In this document: one piece after another, positions 58,690 to 64,000 of the stretch
How the letters are laid out: each line of letters opens with the position of its first letter
Position numbering within the stretch: position 1 is the stretch's first letter
IMG/VR virus record: IMGVR_UViG_3300044738_000005
Coordinates: 17,738 to 81,737 of that record
Source of the DNA: a virus
Taxonomy: Duplodnaviria > Caudoviricetes
Strand: one strand, 5' to 3'
DNA: 64,000 nt
Position numbers and translations under genes: made by a program
Notes under the pieces: generated by a model
Databases searched by the model: none
Seen by the model: only the letters and a program-made list of their open reading frames with translations
What the model was told of the DNA's origin: nothing

Positions 58690-58964
58690 CGCGTGTCCTC
58701 GGTGAAGTCGAAGGCCGATCCGATCCACTCGCCCGTGATGGGCGCGCTCTCGCCAGCGGCGCGGTTGGAGCCCGAGGCAAGCAGCAGGACGCCCTGACCG
58801 CGCAGGCCGCCGCCCGACGTGGGGACGCCCTCGATGATCAGGTAGACCGCGCCTGCCTGGGGTCCCTTGCCCACGGCGATGTACCGCTTGGGCTCGGGCT
58901 TGGTGATGGGCTCGCCCGCCTCGTAGGCGCGCTTCTGCTCGTTGGTGACGATGATGGTGGGCAT
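58686..58964 (-). CDS. TPEQ-family paralogue 6
   Basis: MPTIIVTNEQKRAYEAGEPIT...RYIAV...AVYLI. Confidence 0.7.
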   Translation of the reverse strand: MPTIIVTNEQKRAYEAGEPITKPEPKRYIAVGKGPQAGAVYLIIEGVPTSGGGLRGQGVLLLASGSNRAAGESAPITGEWIGSAFDFTEDTR

Positions 58965-60080
58965 CAGCGGCCAGGGGTGGGCAGGCCCTCGGCGACGTAG
59001 CGCGGGGGCTGGGGCGTGGGCGGGACCTCGGTGACCGTGAACTGCACAGCCTCGGTGCTGAGGGCGGGGTTCGCGGGGACGCACACCAGCGTCCAGACGC
59101 CAGCCTCGCGGACGATGCCGTCCTCGATGGCGTTGGCGAAGGTGCTGGTGGAGAACGGGGTCACGCGCTCGGGCTTGAGGTCGATGACCGCGCGCCACGC
59201 GCCGGTGTTGGGCCGGTCGTTGTTGTGCGGCGGGCGGCAGAGGAAGTGCCGCGTGCCTCGGTGGGTGGTGGGGGTCATGGGGTGGTCCTTTCGTCGGGGG
59301 TGCTGAGGTTCTCGATCTCTTCAGCGGCGGAGGCTAGCGCATCCATCGCGGCCTTGTGCTCAAGCGCGGCCAGCGGCGCGGCCTCGGCCACGCGCACGGC
59401 AGCCTCGCGGGCGCGGCGGCGCAGGATCGCAGCGCAGCGAGCGCGCTCGGCCTCGGCTGCAGCAGCCTGAGCAGCGGCGGCAGCCTGCTGCTGTTCCAGC
59501 CAGAAGGTCATCAGTCAACCTCAAGTAGAGGTTGAGGGTCAGGCAGGCGGTGTACGTGGGCGGCGGAGTAGCAGCGGCCGGGACCGGTCTCGCCATCGAG
59601 CCGGACGGTGTACGGAACCTCGGGCCACGTGCCCGGCTCGTAGCCGGTGACGATCCCCTGGCGTCCCTCGTGACCGGGGAAGCTGATGGACACGCGGTCG
59701 CCGACGATGGCGTGCGCAGGACGGGATAGCTCGTAGGTCTCGATGCGCCAGCCCTGCTCCGCATAGACGCGGAGCAGGGATAGCTCAGGAGCGGCGGCGA
59801 AGCCGAAGGCCTCGTGGACGCCGGGGGGAGGGAAGGCCACGAAGAGCCGCTGCGGCGCGGCGGAAGAGGTCACGCGGACCCCTCCCGGCCGCGCAGCGCA
59901 CGGCGCAGATCGACGCAGCCGACGAGTGTGGCGCGCAGAACGGTCTCGCCGTCCACGGTGGCCTGCCAGAAGTTCGGCCACACGGGGTCGGACATCGTGG
60001 TGATGGCGATGTCGTCGGCGCGCACGCCCTGCTCATGCAGGAAGGCGGCGAGGCGGTTGAGGGAGTCGGCGAGAGCCATG
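58964..60080 (-). other. Small ORFs (58964-59278, 59275-59511, 59511-59873, 59870-60080)
   Basis: Coupled ORFs downstream of the leaderless promoter at 60087. Confidence 0.5.
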
Positions 60081-60086
60081 CGAGGA

Positions 60087-60136
60087 ACCCTAGGGACGCC
60101 GGGGTCGTGAGTCAAGCGGGGTGTCAGCGGCCGGAC
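60087..60136 (-). promoter_or_regulatory. Leaderless promoter TTGACT-17-TAGGGT with upstream 16-bp operator
   Basis: -10 is 6-7 nt before ATG 60080; GTGTCAG-CGGC-CGGAC at 60121-60136. Confidence 0.75.
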
Positions 60137-60261
60137 AACCGGGGTTGCGGCGCGTCCGGGTAGAGGGCGCGGGGGAGGGGTGGCGAGCAAGGTGATCCTG
60201 GGGATCATGGGGTTCCTCTCCGCCGGTCAGAATCGTCCTCAGCGTCCGGGTCAGTAAGCGT

Positions 60262-60377
60262 CGAGCCCTCTTACTCCTAGCCCCTTCTAAAGGGGCTAGG
60301 AAAGTAAGGTGCTCGGAGCCAAGGCCTAGAGCCAAATCCGAAAGGTACATTCGTACCACTTTAGCTGCCGGCAGAAC
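60262..60377. repeat. Structured intergenic element, copy 2
   Basis: Same hairpin and tail as 39545-39656, with a compensatory pair. Confidence 0.8.
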
Positions 60378-60511
60378 GAGGTTGGGACCCGCTTCGTTCC
60401 ATCTTGACGGGCTCGTGATGGTACACGCCGCTCTGTAGAGCCAAATTGGGTGCACGTCGAAGTCCTCCAAGGTGGGGTCGGAGGCGGACGGATTTGGCTC
60501 TGGGCGGGCGT

Positions 60512-61590
60512 TCAAGTGGGTGTCCGTTGAGAAGTGGTACGCAGCCATCGCGCGACCTCGCGCCCACGCTCGGTGATGAAGAAGCCGGGTCGGCGCTCGG
60601 TCGTCCGCCGCACGAATCCGTGGCGGTGGAGCACGTTGCCGGTGGCGATGCGGGGCTGGGTGCCGTCGCGTGAGAGCGCGTCGAGCGCCCGAAGCTGTGC
60701 GACCGAAAGGGAGGCCGCGCGGGCCTCGGCCTCGGCGGCGGTCATGCGCCGACCTCGGAGCGCCGCACCGGCCGGACGTGGAAGCCCTGCGCGCTGGGGT
60801 ACGCCTCGCGCCAGGGCGAGTCGCGGCGGGCCTGTACGAACGCGCCGCCGACACGCTGGACGGGACCGCGCGGCCCCAAGATGTAGCCCGCGATGCCGGG
60901 CCGACCGGATAGCTCGTCAATCCGTGCGGCGATGCGGTCGTAGGTGACGATCTCGCCCTCGGCCCTGTCGGCCTCGGCGCGCGACCGCGCGATGACGTAG
61001 CGCCTCATTGGAGGATGCCCTGCGGGTCGCAGATGTAGCACTCGTCGTCGTAGCACGGCCCGCCGCCGACCCCGCGCGTGCAGCCGTTGGAGACCGGCGG
61101 GGATGGGGTCGGCGGGTGCGCGTGGTCGATGCAGGCCCGAAGCTCGGCAGGCGTCGGTGCTCGGCCGTACGCGAGGCGGAAGCCCTCGACGCTACGAGGG
61201 AGGAAGGCGCGGCCCGCCATCAGAACGGCACCCCGTCCGGGGTGTCGGCGTCCTCAGGCGTGGCCACGCCCGCCATCAGGTCGGCGGCCAGCGCGACCTC
61301 ACGCTCGGGCGTCCAGTAGGTCGTGTTCACCGGCGGCCTGCCGTGGCGGGCCTCGTACTCCGCGTCGGCCTGCGCGGCCTCGCGCGCCTCGGACATCGCG
61401 TCGGCGCGAGCCTCGTCGCGGCCGTCGATGTCGTAGGGGTCTCGGTCGAAGTAGGTCATGCGGGGGTCCTCTCGGTGGGGATGATCAGGGCAAGCTGGCC
61501 CTCGGTCGGTCGTGGTGCCGGGTTGAGCGCCACGGGCTCGGGGAGCCTCGTGGCACTCTCGCGGAAGCGGCGGATCAGGTCATCGGTCAT
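60512..61590 (-). other. Small ORFs (60512-60745 wHTH-like, 60742-61008, 61005-61220, 61220-61459, 61456-61590)
   Basis: Coupled ORFs; leaderless TAGGAT at 61598-61603. Confidence 0.5.
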
Positions 61591-61648
61591 GGGGTGAATC
61601 CTACCGGGACCATCGGACGGAACCGTGGGATTTGCCGGCATTTGCGGC

Positions 61649-62077
61649 CTAGTACCCGTGCTGGACGGCCCAGCGGCCGGGACCCTGATGCCAGGGGTAG
61701 GGGTGAGCCTGCCTGATGCGCCAGGCGCAATCGGTCAGTGTGCGGGCGTAGTAGTCACCGCGCAGCTTGGGCAGGCCCGTCGAGTGCAGCGCGCCGTTGT
61801 ACTTGAGGCTGTACCTGATCGCGCCGTGAGCCCAGAGCCGGTTGAAGCCGCATACGGTCACGACCTTGGGGGTGCCGTCCACGAGGGTCACGCCGCGCTT
61901 GTGGTTGCCGTCCTTCGCCCAGTTCCAGCAGGGGTCGTCCTCGGCGCACGAGGCAGCCCGTGCGGGCACGCTCGCGGCCTCGGCGGGGTCCGTGAGGGTC
62001 AGGGTGGCGGCCCCATGTGCGCAGAGCGCGAGAAGGGCCGCGAGGATCGTGTAGAGCGTGGTGATGGGTCGTGTCAT
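61649..62077 (-). CDS. Secreted/membrane-anchored protein with CxEDxPCW motif
   Basis: Signal-like N-terminus; CAEDDPCWNW..DGN. Confidence 0.6.
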   Translation of the reverse strand: MTRPITTLYTILAALLALCAHGAATLTLTDPAEAASVPARAASCAEDDPCWNWAKDGNHKRGVTLVDGTPKVVTVCGFNRLWAHGAIRYSLKYNGALHSTGLPKLRGDYYARTLTDCAWRIRQAHPYPWHQGPGRWAVQHGY

Positions 62078-62094
62078 GGGATGGGTCCTTTCGA

Positions 62095-63014
62095 TCAGGC
62101 GGTGGCGATGCGGTGGTCGTCGGTCAGAATGTCGTGGGGTGCGCTGGCAGGCCAGGCGGGGTCCTCGGGATGGCGCAGGGCGAAGAAGCGCACGGCCCGG
62201 CCTCGCACGGTCCAGCCGGGATAGCTGATCGGCCGCTGGCGGGGCATGTACCGGCCCCACATGTCGCGGCGGCCCTGCGGCTGGCGGTGGTCCGTGGTTA
62301 CGGCGGCGAAGAGGTCGTCGGCCACGCGCAGCCGCAGGGGCTCCGAGAGGCGCACGCGCTCCGGCCCGCGCTCGGTGTCGATGACCGCGTACAGGATGGC
62401 GTCCATGACTACAGCGCCCCCTCAAGCTCGGCCTGCGCGAGGGCGAAGCTGGCGGTGTAGTCGCCGCCGCCGCGCGGGGGCAGGTAGCCCCACTCGGCGG
62501 GGAAGTCGCGGCCCCAGCCCTGCTGCCCCAGCCACCGAATGTCGGCATCGTCGGAAAGCTCATGGAAGCCGATGTCCTCGCCGTCGCCGGACACGAGGAT
62601 CGGCCACGCCTCCACGAGGACGCCCACGGCCACGCCCGGCACCACGAGCACGTCGCCGTCGCGGATCGTGTCGTCGCATTGGGTGGCCCCGTAGGGGTCG
62701 GCTCCGTCGAGCGTGACGACGCGCGGGGAGTCGATCACGCGCGGCCTCGGCGCGGGGCCGTGGAGAATGTCGCCGCCGTCGATGTGGTCGCCGGGGATGA
62801 AGGTGTAGGCCATGGGATAGCTCCTGTCGTGGTTGAGGCTCTAGGCCTCGGTCGTGGTCTCGGGGGCGATGGGCGCGCGGCGGTCGTAGGCCTCGGCGTA
62901 CGCGCGTCGGCTCCGGCGCTGCTCGCGCTGCTGCTGGCGGATGATCCCCGCGACGGCGGGGCGCTTGGTCGCGCCAAGCTGCTGGCGGCGAAGGGTTCCG
63001 GTCTTGCGTGGCAT
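62095..63014 (-). other. Small ORFs (62095-62406, 62409-62813, 62841-63014)
   Basis: AGGAG RBS fused to GAGCTATCC before two of the starts. Confidence 0.5.
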
Positions 63015-63058
63015 GGGATAGCTCCTAGTGGTGGGGGTGGGGGTGGATAGCTCGGGGT

Positions 63059-63586
63059 CTACTTGACCGGGAGCTTGACGCAGGGGGCGAAGTGGAAGTC
63101 GAAGAGGTAGTTCTCGCCGGTCTCGTCCTCGCCCATGATGCCGTTGTCGTAGATGTACTCGGCGACCCCGACCAGCGTGGTGTGCTCGGAGGTCTCGGTC
63201 TGCTCGGCGAAGCGCCGGATCGCGCCGCGCTTCAGGTCGGCGCAGTCGGCGGTGTGCACGTGGAATGTGCCGAGCGCCTGAAGGGGGCCGGGCAGATTCG
63301 GTCCGACGATCTTCAGGGCTTGGGTCGGCACGAACGCCGTGCCGGGCTCGCCCTCGGGGCCGAAGGTCGCGGGCTCCACCTTGGGCGTGGCATGCGGCCC
63401 GGCCTCGGGCAGCTTCCCGTCCGAGCGGCGGAGGTAGCAGAACGCGGCCTCGCCGATCTTGGCGGTGTCCGCGACGGACTCGCCGTTGGCGATGGCCAGG
63501 CGGGCGTCGATGATGGCCTGCTCGGCGAGCTTCAGGTGCCGGAGGCACTCGGTCTGGCGCTGCTGGGGTGTGATGATCTTGGGCAT
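63059..63586 (-). CDS. Hypothetical protein with HxxxC...HxxxC motif
   Basis: FHVHTADCADL and FHFAPCV; AGGAG RBS. Confidence 0.55.
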   Translation of the reverse strand: MPKIITPQQRQTECLRHLKLAEQAIIDARLAIANGESVADTAKIGEAAFCYLRRSDGKLPEAGPHATPKVEPATFGPEGEPGTAFVPTQALKIVGPNLPGPLQALGTFHVHTADCADLKRGAIRRFAEQTETSEHTTLVGVAEYIYDNGIMGEDETGENYLFDFHFAPCVKLPVK

Positions 63587-63627
63587 GAGTCTCCTACGGT
63601 AGTGGGGTCGGTGTGTCTGTCTGCTGA

Positions 63628-63798
63628 CTAGAAGTCGAGGGCGGTGATGCGGTCGATCAGGTCGCGCACGGTGTCGGCCTCGGTGGCCTCGCCGCGTTGC
63701 TCGTGCAGGTCGGCCTTGGCTCGGGCTAGCGCGACGATGCGCTGGCGGGCCTCGGCATGAGCGGCGGCGGTCACGGCCGCGATGTCGGTCGGTGTCAT
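63628..63798 (-). CDS. Small hypothetical protein; frame stays open through the tandem repeats to the window end
   Basis: AGGAAAGGA RBS before ATG 63798; no in-frame stop up to 64000. Confidence 0.5.
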   Translation of the reverse strand: MTPTDIAAVTAAAHAEARQRIVALARAKADLHEQRGEATEADTVRDLIDRITALDF

Positions 63799-63844
63799 CG
63801 GTCGGTGGTCCTTTCCTACTAGGTCGGTGAGGATGCCGGCAAAT

Positions 63845-63910
63845 TCGGTCGGTGCGGTCTCGGTCGGTGCGGTCTCGGTCGGTGCGGCCTCGGTCGGTGC
63901 GGCCTCGGTC
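63845..63910. repeat. 15-bp tandem repeat, about 4.4 copies (TCGGTCGGTGCGGYC)
   Basis: Units at 63845, 63860, 63875, 63890, partial at 63905. Confidence 0.92.
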
Positions 63911-64000
63911 GGGCTCGCCGCAGGGCTCGCCGCAGGGCTCGCCGCAGGGCTCGCCGCAGGGCTCGCCGCAGGGCTCGCCGCAGGGCTCGCCGCAGGGCTC
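63911..64000. repeat. 12-bp perfect tandem repeat, at least 7.5 copies (GGGCTCGCCGCA), running off the window
   Basis: Units from 63911 to 63983 plus a partial copy. Confidence 0.95.

Noticed and set aside
59770-59850. tRNA gene suggested by GATAGCTCAG
   Set aside because: No cloverleaf, T-arm or CCA; it lies in a coding frame and is a copy of the GGATAGCTC motif
63845-64000. CRISPR array
   Set aside because: Repeats are directly adjacent with no spacers, are only 12-15 bp, and no cas genes are present
1-64000. CTAG enrichment at intergenic sites
   Set aside because: Mostly explained by TAG stops and TAGnnT -10 boxes; overall count is not above simple expectation
39400-64000. Integrase or lysogeny module
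   Set aside because: No tyrosine or serine recombinase motifs found; lifestyle cannot be called because the genome extends beyond the window

Overview
A 64 kb stretch of a high-GC dsDNA tailed phage genome with a siphovirus-type long non-contractile tail. The host is most likely actinobacterial, inferred from GC content, GAAAGGA ribosome-binding sites and many leaderless TAnnnT promoters. The + strand (1-22 kb) carries the 3' end of a ribonucleotide reductase, HK97 prohead protease, major capsid, head-tail and tail genes, a 1736-aa tape measure, CBM-bearing Dit and fibre, an amidase, a holin candidate and an M15 peptidase. The - strand (22-39.4 kb) carries the terminases, a RuvC-like nuclease, PolA, an AP2/GIY-YIG-like nuclease, dNMP kinase, HD hydrolase, AAA helicase, primase, Nudix, SNF2 helicase and a MazG-like enzyme. 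From 39.4 to 64 kb is a dense - strand accessory region with rIIA/rIIB-like genes, a UvrD-like helicase and dozens of small ORFs, interrupted by a + strand island of five membrane genes. No portal, integrase, tRNA or CRISPR array was seen. The best leads are: a six-member paralogue family with a conserved N-terminus and variable C-terminus; two copies of a ~115-bp hairpin element with a compensatory base pair; a strand-polarised GGATAGCTC motif; a 16-bp dyad upstream of early promoters; a UUU_CGU +1 frameshift candidate in the tail chaperone; and a small ORF with a QLSLF clamp-binding motif. All calls were made by eye from the sequence and ORF track; no database search was run.
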